Source: an uncultured Acidobacteriota bacterium
GTDB taxonomy: Bacteria > Acidobacteriota > Vicinamibacteria > Vicinamibacterales > JAKQTR01
Reading direction: 5' to 3'
Assembly: GCA_963809475.1 (NCBI GenBank)
Contig: CAWEJS010000001.1
Location: 1,050,125-1,114,124 of the forward strand
Length of the DNA stretch: 64,000 nucleotides
The notes beneath the pieces are model-generated. The model saw only the letters and a list, made by a program, of their open reading frames with translations, was not told the origin of the DNA and ran no database searches. Shown here in pieces: positions 28,440 through 38,792 of the stretch. The position numbers were made by a program, and so were the translations under genes. Every line of letters starts with the position of its first letter. Position 1 is the first letter of the stretch.

Positions 28440-28925
28440 ATGGCACCTGACGCGGACATCCCGGTTCTCACGACGACCGTCGACAAGGTCGTGCAGTGGG
28501 CCCGCCGGTCTTCCATCTGGCCGGTCACCCTCGGCCTGGCCTGCTGCGCCATCGAGATGATGTCGATGGCCGCCTCCCGCTACGACATCGCCCGGTTTGG
28601 CGCGGAGGTGTTCCGCGCCTCGCCGCGCCAGTCCGACCTCATGATCGTGGCCGGGCGGCTGTCGCGGAAGATGGCGCCGGCCGTCCGCCGCATCTACGAC
28701 CAGATGCCGGAGCCGAAGTGGGTGATCTCCATGGGCGCCTGCGCGTCGTGCGGCGGCGTCTTCGACAACTACGCCGTGGTCCAGGGGTGCGACCAGGTGG
28801 TGCCCGTCGATGTGTTCGTGCCCGGTTGTCCGCCGCGCCCAGAGGCGCTCCTGTACGCCATCATCTCGCTGCAGCGCAAGATCGACAAACAGCGGGCGTT
28901 CGGCTATCCCGCGGCCAGGTCCTGA
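28440..28925 (+). CDS. nuoB: NADH-quinone oxidoreductase subunit B
   Basis: [18 protein letters not shown] and PGCPP (N2 cluster ligands). Confidence 0.95.
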   Translation: MAPDADIPVLTTTVDKVVQWARRSSIWPVTLGLACCAIEMMSMAASRYDIARFGAEVFRASPRQSDLMIVAGRLSRKMAPAVRRIYDQMPEPKWVISMGACASCGGVFDNYAVVQGCDQVVPVDVFVPGCPPRPEALLYAIISLQRKIDKQRAFGYPAARS

Positions 28926-28930
28926 CACCC

Positions 28931-30061
28931 ATGGACGCATCCGCCATCGTGAGCGCGCTGAACCGGCTCGTGCCGGAATCGGGCGCCGAGGCCGTGCCGG
29001 CGATTGACCAGCCCACCGTAGTCGTTCCCGCCGATCGCCTCGTTCCCGTGTGCCGCGCGCTGCGAGACGACCCGGCGCTCCGCTTCACGGCGCTCGTCGA
29101 CATCGTCGGGGTGGACCAGCAGCCGCGGGAGCCGCGGTTCGAGGTCAACTACACCCTCGTGGCACCGGACGTGCCGGCCCGGCTCCGCGTCAAGGTGAGG
29201 ACGGGCGGAGACGGGCCTCACGTGCCGTCCGTCACCGGCATCTGGGCGTCGGCCGGTTTCCTGGAGCGCGAGGTCTGGGACTTGTTGGGCGTCGTGTTCG
29301 ACGGTCACCCGGACCTGCGGCGCATCCTCACGGCCGACGACTGGGTCGGGCACCCGCTGCGCAAGGACTACCCGGTGCAGGTCAATCTGCCGGTGAAGAC
29401 CTACGAGCCCATGCAGGTGACGGAGGAGCAGTTCAGGGAACGGATTCGAACAGGACCGGCACGCGCGGGGAGGCCGGGACTGATGCCGGACACCTTCGCC
29501 GAGGTCGTTGCGCGCAGGCTGGACGAGGCGGCTCGCCTGCACGCGGGCTGCCAGTCGGCGGTCGCGCCGGCGGCGGCAGCCGCGGAGGCCATGGTGGCGG
29601 CGATCAGGCGGGGCGGGAAGCTGCTCGCCTGTGGGAACGGCGGCAGCGCGGCGGACGCCCAGCACTTCGCGGCGGAGCTCGTCGGCCGCTTCGAGCGCGA
29701 ACGCCGGGCCATCGCGTCGATTGCCCTGACGACGGACACCTCGATTCTCACCGCGGTCGCCAACGACGACTCCTACGCGCAGGTATTCGCGCGCCAGGTG
29801 GAGGCCCTTGGCGAGGCAGGAGACGTGCTGCTCGGGATCTCGACGAGCGGCGCGTCACCCAGCGTCCTTGCGGCGTTCGCCGCGGCCAGGGCGGGCGGCC
29901 TCACCACGGTGGCCCTGACCGGCCGGGACGGCGGCGCGCTCGGCGCGGCCGCGGACATCCACATCAATGTCCCGGCGGCGTCGACGGCGCGTGCGCAGGA
30001 GGTGCACCGCACGCTGCTGCACGCGATGTGCGAGCTCGTCGAACGGGAGCTGTATGCCTGA
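28931..30061 (+). CDS. nuoC: NADH-quinone oxidoreductase subunit C fused in-frame to D-sedoheptulose-7-phosphate isomerase (NuoC-GmhA)
   Basis: ATG at 28931, 6 nt after the nuoB stop. Residues 1-184 are NuoC-like (FLEREVWDLLGVVFDGHPDLRRIL..HPLRKDYP). There is no stop codon before 30059-30061. Residues 185-376 are a full SIS/GmhA domain. Confidence 0.75.
   Translation: MDASAIVSALNRLVPESGAEAVPAIDQPTVVVPADRLVPVCRALRDDPALRFTALVDIVGVDQQPREPRFEVNYTLVAPDVPARLRVKVRTGGDGPHVPSVTGIWASAGFLEREVWDLLGVVFDGHPDLRRILTADDWVGHPLRKDYPVQVNLPVKTYEPMQVTEEQFRERIRTGPARAGRPGLMPDTFAEVVARRLDEAARLHAGCQSAVAPAAAAAEAMVAAIRRGGKLLACGNGGSAADAQHFAAELVGRFERERRAIASIALTTDTSILTAVANDDSYAQVFARQVEALGEAGDVLLGISTSGASPSVLAAFAAARAGGLTTVALTGRDGGALGAAADIHINVPAASTARAQEVHRTLLHAMCELVERELYA
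29483..30061 (+). CDS. gmhA: D-sedoheptulose-7-phosphate isomerase module, possibly also translated from an internal ATG
   Basis: 192 codons from ATG 29483, with GGGGAGG 9 nt upstream. LLACGNGGSAADAQHFAAELVGRF, VLLGISTSGASPSVL. The stop overlaps the nuoD start. Confidence 0.45.
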   Translation: MPDTFAEVVARRLDEAARLHAGCQSAVAPAAAAAEAMVAAIRRGGKLLACGNGGSAADAQHFAAELVGRFERERRAIASIALTTDTSILTAVANDDSYAQVFARQVEALGEAGDVLLGISTSGASPSVLAAFAAARAGGLTTVALTGRDGGALGAAADIHINVPAASTARAQEVHRTLLHAMCELVERELYA

Positions 30062-31235
30062 GCTGCGCACCGAGGTCCTGACGGTCAACATGGGGCCGCA
30101 GCACCCCAGTACGCACGGGGTGCTCCGCCTGGTGCTCCAGCTCGACGGCGAGACCGTGCTGTCCGTCATGCCGACCATCGGCTACCTGCACACCGGCATC
30201 GAGAAGACGGCGGAGCAGAAGAAGTGGCAGCAGGTCATCCCGCTCGTCGAGCGGATGGACTACCTCAGCGCCCACTCGAACAGCCTCTCCTACGCGTTGG
30301 CCGTCGAGAAGCTCCTCGGCCTCGAGATGCCGGATCGGGTGACGTGGATCCGCGTGCTGCTGGCCGAGCTGCAGCGGCTGAACAGCCACCTCGTCTGGCT
30401 CGGGACCCACGTGATGGACCTCGGCGCCGTCACGGTGATGCTGTACACGTTCAACGAGCGCGAGCTCATCCTGAACGTGAACGAGCTCATCGCGGGGTTT
30501 CGGATGTTCCCGAGCTACATCCGCGTGGGCGGCCTGCGCGAGGACCTTCCATCCGGGTTCCACGAGGCCGTCACGAAGATCCTCGATCGCCTGCCGGGCA
30601 AGATCGACGAGTGCGAGGACCTGCTGACCAGGAACGAGATCTTCCTCAAGCGCACCCGCGGCGTCGGCGTGCTGTCCAGGGAGGATGCGTTGGCCTGGGG
30701 CCTGGTCGGGCCGATCGCCCGGGCCTCCGGCGTGGCCTACGACGTGCGGAAGGCGTTCCCGTACTGCGGCTACGAGACCTTCGAGTTCGACGTGCCCATC
30801 GGCGCCGCCGGGGACGTGTTCGACCGGTACATGGTGCGGGTCGACGAGATGCGCCAGAGCGTGCGCCTGTGCCGGCAGGCGCTGGAGCGCATTACGCCGC
30901 GGGGCGCGCATGCGGCGAGCGACACCCGCGTCGTCCCCCCGCCGAAGGACAAGGTCTACACGGAGATGGAAGCGCTCATCCAGCACTTCCTGATCTTCTC
31001 GCAGGGCTTCACCGTGCCCGCGGGCGAAGCCTACGTGCCGGTCGAAGGGCCGCGGGGCGAGCACGGGTGCCACGTCGTCTCCGACGGAGGCAACCGCCCG
31101 TCGCGAGTGAAGATGCGGTCGCCGTCGCTCCTGGCGTGCCAGGCGATCGAGACGATGGCGAAAGGCGGGCTGATCGCCGACGTCGTGGCCGTGATCGGGT
31201 CCGCGGACGTCATCATGGGAGACGTGGACCGGTGA
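30054..31235 (+). CDS. nuoD: NADH-quinone oxidoreductase subunit D
   Basis: MPELRTEVLTVNMGPQHPSTHGVLRL. The start overlaps the upstream stop (ATGCCTGA). Confidence 0.95.
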   Translation: MPELRTEVLTVNMGPQHPSTHGVLRLVLQLDGETVLSVMPTIGYLHTGIEKTAEQKKWQQVIPLVERMDYLSAHSNSLSYALAVEKLLGLEMPDRVTWIRVLLAELQRLNSHLVWLGTHVMDLGAVTVMLYTFNERELILNVNELIAGFRMFPSYIRVGGLREDLPSGFHEAVTKILDRLPGKIDECEDLLTRNEIFLKRTRGVGVLSREDALAWGLVGPIARASGVAYDVRKAFPYCGYETFEFDVPIGAAGDVFDRYMVRVDEMRQSVRLCRQALERITPRGAHAASDTRVVPPPKDKVYTEMEALIQHFLIFSQGFTVPAGEAYVPVEGPRGEHGCHVVSDGGNRPSRVKMRSPSLLACQAIETMAKGGLIADVVAVIGSADVIMGDVDR

Positions 31236-31834
31236 CCTTCCACCCGAAGATGGCGTACGACGCGGCGTTCCACCAGTCGGTGCGCGAGTTGCCGACGCCG
31301 GGCGGGCCCTTCGTGTTCACGCCCGAGCGGCGCGCGCGCCTCGAGGAGATTGCCGGACGGTACCCGCCGGAACGCCGGCGATCGGCGCTGCTGGCGGCGC
31401 TGTACCTCGTGCAGCAGCAGCAGGGGTACGTGAGCGCCCGCGCCATGGAGCACGTGGCGGAGGTCATCGGCGTGACGCCGGCGGAGGTGGAGGACGTCGT
31501 GTCGTACTACACGATGTTCTCGGCGAAGCCGGTGGGAACCTACGTCCTGCAGGTCTGCCGCACGCTGTCGTGCGCCCTGAACGGGGCCGAGCGCGTGACG
31601 GACGTGTTGGCGCGCAAGCTGGGCATCAAACCCGGCGAGACCGATCCGGCGGGCATGTTCACCCTCGTGGAGGTGGAGTGCCTCGGGGCCTGCGATCGCG
31701 GGCCCGTCGTGATGGTGAACGATGACTGGCACGAGTGCGTGACGCCCGAGGGCGCCGGGCAGCTGGTGGACGACCTGCGGGAGAAGGGGATGGCGGGACT
31801 GAGCGGCTGCCATCTTCGCGTGGAAGGGAAGTGA
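31232..31834 (+). CDS. nuoE: NADH-quinone oxidoreductase subunit E
   Basis: GTGA overlap with nuoD (alternative ATG at 31250). 2Fe-2S ligands CRTLSC..CLGACDRGP. Confidence 0.9.
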   Translation: MTFHPKMAYDAAFHQSVRELPTPGGPFVFTPERRARLEEIAGRYPPERRRSALLAALYLVQQQQGYVSARAMEHVAEVIGVTPAEVEDVVSYYTMFSAKPVGTYVLQVCRTLSCALNGAERVTDVLARKLGIKPGETDPAGMFTLVEVECLGACDRGPVVMVNDDWHECVTPEGAGQLVDDLREKGMAGLSGCHLRVEGK

Positions 31835-31857
31835 ACGCGCATTTCTGACTCCTTGTG

Positions 31858-33144
31858 ATGAACATGGATCCAGTCCTGACCCCCTTCGTCCGCGAGCCGA
31901 ACAGCTACACCCTCGAGGTGTCGCGGCGGCACGGCGCCTACGAGGGGCTGCGGAAGGCGCTCTCGATGGAGCCCGGCCAGGTGATCGAGGCCGTCAAGGC
32001 GTCGGGCTTGCGCGGCCGCGGCGGCGCCGGCTTCCCGACGGGGATGAAGTGGAGCTTCGTCCCGAAGGACTCCGCCAGGCCCAAGTACGTGTGCTGCAAC
32101 GCGGACGAAAGCGAGCCCGGCACCTTCAAGGACCACGTGCTGATGGAGCGCAACCCGCACCTCGTCATCGAGGGCGTGGCAATCGCCTGCTACGCCATCG
32201 GCGCGAAGACGGGCTACATCTACATCCGCGGGGAGTTCCTGCATGTCGCCAGCGTCCTGGAAGCGGCCCTCGCCGAGGCGCGCGCGGCGGGGTGGCTGGG
32301 ACGGAACGTCCTGGGGAGCGGGTTCGACTGCGACATCCACGTCCACCGCGGCGCCGGCGCCTACGAGGCGGGCGAGGAGTCCGCCTTGCTCGAGTCGCTG
32401 GAAGGCAAGCGCGCGCAGCCGCGGTTGCGGCCCCCGTTCCCGGCGGTCGTCGGGCTCTACGGCTGTCCCACGGTCATCAACAACGTCGAGACCCTCGCGA
32501 ACGTGCCCCTCATCCTCGTGAAGGGCGCCGAGTGGTTCAGCGCCATCGGGCCCGACAAGAACACCGGGCCGAAGCTGTTCTGCGTGAGCGGGCACGTGGC
32601 GACGCCGGGCGTGTACGAAGCGCCGATGGACACGACACTGCGCCAGCTCATCTATGACTATGCGGGAGGGATCCGCGGCGGCCGCGCGCTGAAGGCGGTG
32701 ATCCCCGGCGGGTCCTCGACGCCCGTGCTCCTCCCGGACGCCATCGACGCGCCGGCCAGCTTCGACGGACTGGTCAAGGCCGGGTCGATGCTCGGCTCCG
32801 CCGCGATGATCGTCATGGACGATACGACGTGCATGGTGTGGGCGGCCGAGAACCTCATCCACTTCTACCGTCACGAGTCCTGCGGCAAGTGCACGCCCTG
32901 CCGTGAGGGCTCGGACTGGATGCTGAGACTCCTGCAGAAGATCGAGCGGGGCGACGGGGAGTTGCGCGATCTCGACCTGCTCGAGAGCGTGGCGCGCAAC
33001 ATCACCGGCAAGACGCTCTGCCCGTTCGGAGACGCCGAGGTGGCGCCGGTGCTGAGCACCCTGCAGCACTTCCGGCACGAGTACGAGGCGCACATGCGTG
33101 AAGGGCGCTGCCCCCTCCACGCGGCGTGGAGACGGGACGCGTGA
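31858..33144 (+). CDS. nuoF: NADH-quinone oxidoreductase subunit F
   Basis: GLRGRGGAGFPTG (FMN) and ESCGKCTPCREG (N3). Start GTG 31855, ATG 31858 or ATG 31864. Confidence 0.93.
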   Translation: MNMDPVLTPFVREPNSYTLEVSRRHGAYEGLRKALSMEPGQVIEAVKASGLRGRGGAGFPTGMKWSFVPKDSARPKYVCCNADESEPGTFKDHVLMERNPHLVIEGVAIACYAIGAKTGYIYIRGEFLHVASVLEAALAEARAAGWLGRNVLGSGFDCDIHVHRGAGAYEAGEESALLESLEGKRAQPRLRPPFPAVVGLYGCPTVINNVETLANVPLILVKGAEWFSAIGPDKNTGPKLFCVSGHVATPGVYEAPMDTTLRQLIYDYAGGIRGGRALKAVIPGGSSTPVLLPDAIDAPASFDGLVKAGSMLGSAAMIVMDDTTCMVWAAENLIHFYRHESCGKCTPCREGSDWMLRLLQKIERGDGELRDLDLLESVARNITGKTLCPFGDAEVAPVLSTLQHFRHEYEAHMREGRCPLHAAWRRDA

Positions 33145-33150
33145 AGCGCC

Positions 33151-33234
33151 GGGACTCGGGACTCGAGACTCGGGGTTCGGGACGAAGTCGCCCTGCTGAC
33201 TACTGGCTTCTGGCTTCTGGCTACTGACGACTGA
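33151..33234. repeat. array of twelve heptanucleotides filling the nuoF-nuoH gap
   Basis: GGGACTC GGGACTC GAGACTC GGGGTTC GGGACGA AGTCGCC CTGCTGA CTACTGG CTTCTGG CTTCTGG CTACTGA CGACTGA, running into the nuoH ATG. Confidence 0.9.
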
Positions 33235-34256
33235 TGCTTCCACTGTACGTCGCCCAGATCGGCATCGTCCTTGTGGTCTTCGTGGGGCTGCTCCTCGCCG
33301 CGGCCGTGATGGTCTACTCGGAGCGCAAGGTGGCGGGGTTCATCCAGCAGCGCTACGGGCCGTACCTCGTGGGGCCGAAGGGCCTCCTCCAGCCCTTCGC
33401 GGACGTCTTCAAGCTGATCTTCAAGGAGTCGCTGCAGCCCGCCGCCGCGGACCGCGTCCTCTTCTACGTCGCGCCGATCCTGTCGGCCACGGCGGCCTTC
33501 GCGGCGTTCGCCGTCGTGCCGTTCGGCGCCGAGACGACGCTGTTCGGGCTGTTGAAGGAGCCGATCTCCCTGCAGGTCGCCGACGTCAACGTGGCCGTGC
33601 TCGTGGTCTTCGCCATCACGTCGATCAGCATCTACGGGATCGTGCTGGCGGGCTGGAGCTCCAACAGCAAGTACTCGCTGCTCGGCGCGCTCCGCTCGGC
33701 GTCCCAGATGATCAGCTACGAGCTGTCCTACGGCATCTCGCTGGCGTCGGTCCTGCTCCTCGCGGGCTCGCTCTCGCTGACGGATATCGTGAACGCCCAG
33801 CAGGGCGCCTGGCTGGGCTTCATCCCGCGCTGGTTCGTGTTCGTGCAGCCGATCGGCTTCGTCGTCTTCATGATCGCCGGCGTGGCCGAGACGAACCGCG
33901 CGCCCTTCGACTTCCCCGAGGCGGAACAGGAGCTGGTGGCCGGCTACCACACCGAGTACAGCAGCACGCCGTTCATGATGTTCTTCCTCGCGGAGTACAT
34001 CAACATGGTGACGACGGCCGCCGTGGCGACGGACCTGTTCCTCGGCGGCTGGCACGGGCCGTTCCTGCCGGAGTCGCTCGGGTGGATCTGGTTCCTCGTC
34101 AAGACGGGCGCCATCCTGTTCTTCTACATCTGGATGCGGTGGACGCTGCCGCGGCTGCGGTACGACCAGCTGATGCGGTTCGGGTGGAAGGTGATGCTGC
34201 CGCTCGCGGCGCTCAACCTGATCCTCACGGCGGCGGGGGTGATCGCCCTTGGCTGA
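33234..34256 (+). CDS. nuoH: NADH-quinone oxidoreductase subunit H
   Basis: ERKVAGFIQQRYGP and RAPFDFPEAEQELVAGYHTEYS motifs. Confidence 0.95.
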   Translation: MLPLYVAQIGIVLVVFVGLLLAAAVMVYSERKVAGFIQQRYGPYLVGPKGLLQPFADVFKLIFKESLQPAAADRVLFYVAPILSATAAFAAFAVVPFGAETTLFGLLKEPISLQVADVNVAVLVVFAITSISIYGIVLAGWSSNSKYSLLGALRSASQMISYELSYGISLASVLLLAGSLSLTDIVNAQQGAWLGFIPRWFVFVQPIGFVVFMIAGVAETNRAPFDFPEAEQELVAGYHTEYSSTPFMMFFLAEYINMVTTAAVATDLFLGGWHGPFLPESLGWIWFLVKTGAILFFYIWMRWTLPRLRYDQLMRFGWKVMLPLAALNLILTAAGVIALG

Positions 34257-34257
34257 G

Positions 34258-34773
34258 ATGCTGCTCTTCTACCTGTTTGCGGCCGGGGCCGTCGCGGCCT
34301 CGCTGGCCGTCGTGCTGGGCCGCAACCCGATGCACAGCGTCCTGCTGCTCATCGTGTCGTTCGCCGCGCTCGCCGGCCTCTACATCGGCCTCGACGCGCC
34401 CTTCGCGGCGGTGGTGCAGATCATCATCTACGCCGGCGCCATCATGGTGCTTTTCCTCTTCGTCGTGATGCTGCTCAACGCGCACCGGGAGGACGACGCG
34501 GAAGCCGGCGCGGGACTCGCGCACGCGCCGCTGCGCGCGGGCGCGGTGCTGGCGGCGGTGCTGGTGGCCGAACTGGGCTGGGCGCTTGCCCGGACCCGCA
34601 GCGTGAGCCGTGCGTGGCCCGGCGGCCCGGCGGCCGACGCGTCCGCGCTCCAGTCCGTGCGGGCGCTGGGCAACGTGCTCTACCGGGACTATTCGCTCGC
34701 GTTCGAAGTGACGTCGATTCTCATCATCGTCGCCATGGTCGGCGCCGTCGTGCTGGCCCGGCGGGAGTCGTAA
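34258..34773 (+). CDS. nuoJ: NADH-quinone oxidoreductase subunit J
   Basis: MLLFYLFAAGAV..VQIIIYAGAIMVLFLFVVMLL. ATG at 34258, 2 nt after the nuoH stop (the track ORF begins at TTG 34249). Confidence 0.9.
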   Translation: MLLFYLFAAGAVAASLAVVLGRNPMHSVLLLIVSFAALAGLYIGLDAPFAAVVQIIIYAGAIMVLFLFVVMLLNAHREDDAEAGAGLAHAPLRAGAVLAAVLVAELGWALARTRSVSRAWPGGPAADASALQSVRALGNVLYRDYSLAFEVTSILIIVAMVGAVVLARRES

Positions 34774-34777
34774 CGCG

Positions 34778-35070
34778 ATGCCTCTGGGTTACTACCTGCT
34801 CCTGTCCGCCATCCTGTTCGCCACCGGCACGATGGGCGTCTTCCTGCGCCGCAACGTGATCACGGTGCTCCTCTCGATCGAGGTGATGCTCAACGCCGTC
34901 AACCTCGCGTTCATCGCCTTCGGCCGGTTCCAGGGGTCGGTGGACGGCCAGGTCATCATGTTCTTCGTCGTCACCGTCGCCGCGGCCGAGGCGGCCGTCG
35001 GGCTGGCGCTGGTCATCGCGCTCTTCCGGCACCGCGAGTCGCTCAACCCGGACGCGTTCACGAGCCTGAA

Positions 35071-35077
<7 letters not shown>
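34778..35077 (+). CDS. nuoK: NADH-quinone oxidoreductase subunit K
   Basis: 99 aa, three TM segments, LSIEVMLNAVNLAF..AAAEAAVGLA. Confidence 0.95.
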
Positions 35078-37187
<2,110 letters not shown>

Positions 37188-37197
<10 letters not shown>

Positions 37198-38792
37198 TGC
37201 CGATCCTCTCCGTGCTCATCGCGCTGCCGCTTGCCGCGGCCGTGCTGCTGCTCCTCGTGCCGGACCGCGATCACGAACGCGACGGCTTCGCCCGGTGGTT
37301 CGCCCTCGGCGCCTCGCTCGTCGAGTTCGCGGCCACGCTGTGGATGTGGAGCCGGTTCAATCCGTCGTCGGCGGACTTCCAGATGGTCGAGCGGGTCGAG
37401 TGGATCCCGTCGTTCGGGATCCAGTACGCCGTCGGCGTCGACGGCATCAGCCTGTTCCTCGTCGTGCTGACCGGGTTCCTCACGCCGCTCGCGCTCCTCG
37501 GGTCCTGGCCGTCGGTGCACAAGAAGGTGAAGACGTTCTCCGTCTTCATGCTGGCGCTCGAGAGCGCGATGGTCGGCGTGTTCCTGTCCCTGGACATGTT
37601 CCTGTTCTACGTGTTCTGGGACGCGATGCTCATCCCGATGTACTTCCTCATCGGGGTCTGGGGCTACGAGCGGCGCGTCTACGCGGCCGTGAAGTTCCTC
37701 CTCTACACGATGGCCGGCAGCGTGCTCATGCTGGTCGCGATCCTGACCGTGGCGTACCTGCACAGCGTGTCGATGGGGTCGTACAGCTTCGACTACGAGG
37801 CTTGGCTCGCGCTCGCGCTGCCGCGGAACACCCAGACATGGCTGTTCCTGGCGTTCGCGGTGGCCTTCGCCATCAAGGTGCCACTGTTCCCGTTCCACAC
37901 GTGGCTGCCCGACGCGCACGTCGAGGCGCCCACCGCCGGGTCGGTGATCCTGGCCGGCGTCCTTCTGAAGATGGGCACGTACGGGCTGCTGCGGTTCGCG
38001 TTCCCGCTCTTCCCGGACGCCGCCGCACGCTTCGCGCCGGCGCTGGCCGTGCTGGCCGTCATCGGCATCGTCTACGGGGCGCTCGTGGCGATGGTGCAGC
38101 CGGACATGAAGAAGCTCGTGGCCTACTCGAGCGTGAGCCACCTGGGCCTCGTCGTCCTCGGCATCACCGCGATGAACGTGCAGGCCGTGCAGGGCGCGGT
38201 GTACCAGATGCTGAACCACGGCATCTCGACCGGCGCGCTGTTCCTCATCGTCGGCATGCTGTCCGACCGGCGCCATACGCGCCTCATCGCGGAGTTCGGC
38301 GGGCTGAAGCACGTGATGCCGCGCCTCGTGGCCGCGTTCTTCGTCGTCACGCTGTCGTCGATCGGGCTGCCCGGCCTGAACGGGTTCGTCGGCGAGTTCC
38401 TGATCCTGTTCGGTGCGTTCCGGTGGAACCCGTGGCTGACCGCCGTGGCCGCGACCGGGCTGATCCTGTCGGCGGTCTACATGCTGTGGATGTTCCAGCG
38501 TGTCAACTACGGGGCCGTGACGAACCCGAAGAACGAGGGCCTGAAGGACATGGACGCGCGCGAGGGGTGGGTGCTCGTGCCGGCCATCGCCATGGCCGTG
38601 TTCATGGGCGTGGCGCCGTGGGTGTTCCTGAACCCGATGAAGCCCGCCGTCGAGCGTATCGTGTCGCGGATGGCCGAGGCCGGCCCCGCGAGGGTGGTGC
38701 GCGTGGCGGCGCCGCCGCCGGCGCTCCATCCTGCGAAAATGGGGTCAGGCACTGTTTCCGAGCAGGGGCCAGGCCCCTCGAGCGGCAGGTGA
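37188..38792 (+). CDS. nuoM: NADH-quinone oxidoreductase subunit M
   Basis: Overlaps the nuoL stop. FPFHTWLPDAHVEAPTAGSVILAG. The last ~15 codons are encoded by a palindromic repeat element. Confidence 0.93.
38764..38778. repeat. AGGGGCCAGGCCCCT palindrome inside the nuoM 3' end
   Basis: Identical to 40277-40291. Preceded by TCAGGCACT (38745-38753), whose reverse complement AGTGCCTGA occurs at 40355-40363. Confidence 0.85.

Noticed and set aside
28496-28930. Upstream extension of the nuoC ORF, which the track starts at 28496.
   Set aside because: This part overlaps nuoB in another frame and translates to non-NuoC sequence. The NuoC-like sequence begins at ATG 28931, right after the nuoB stop.
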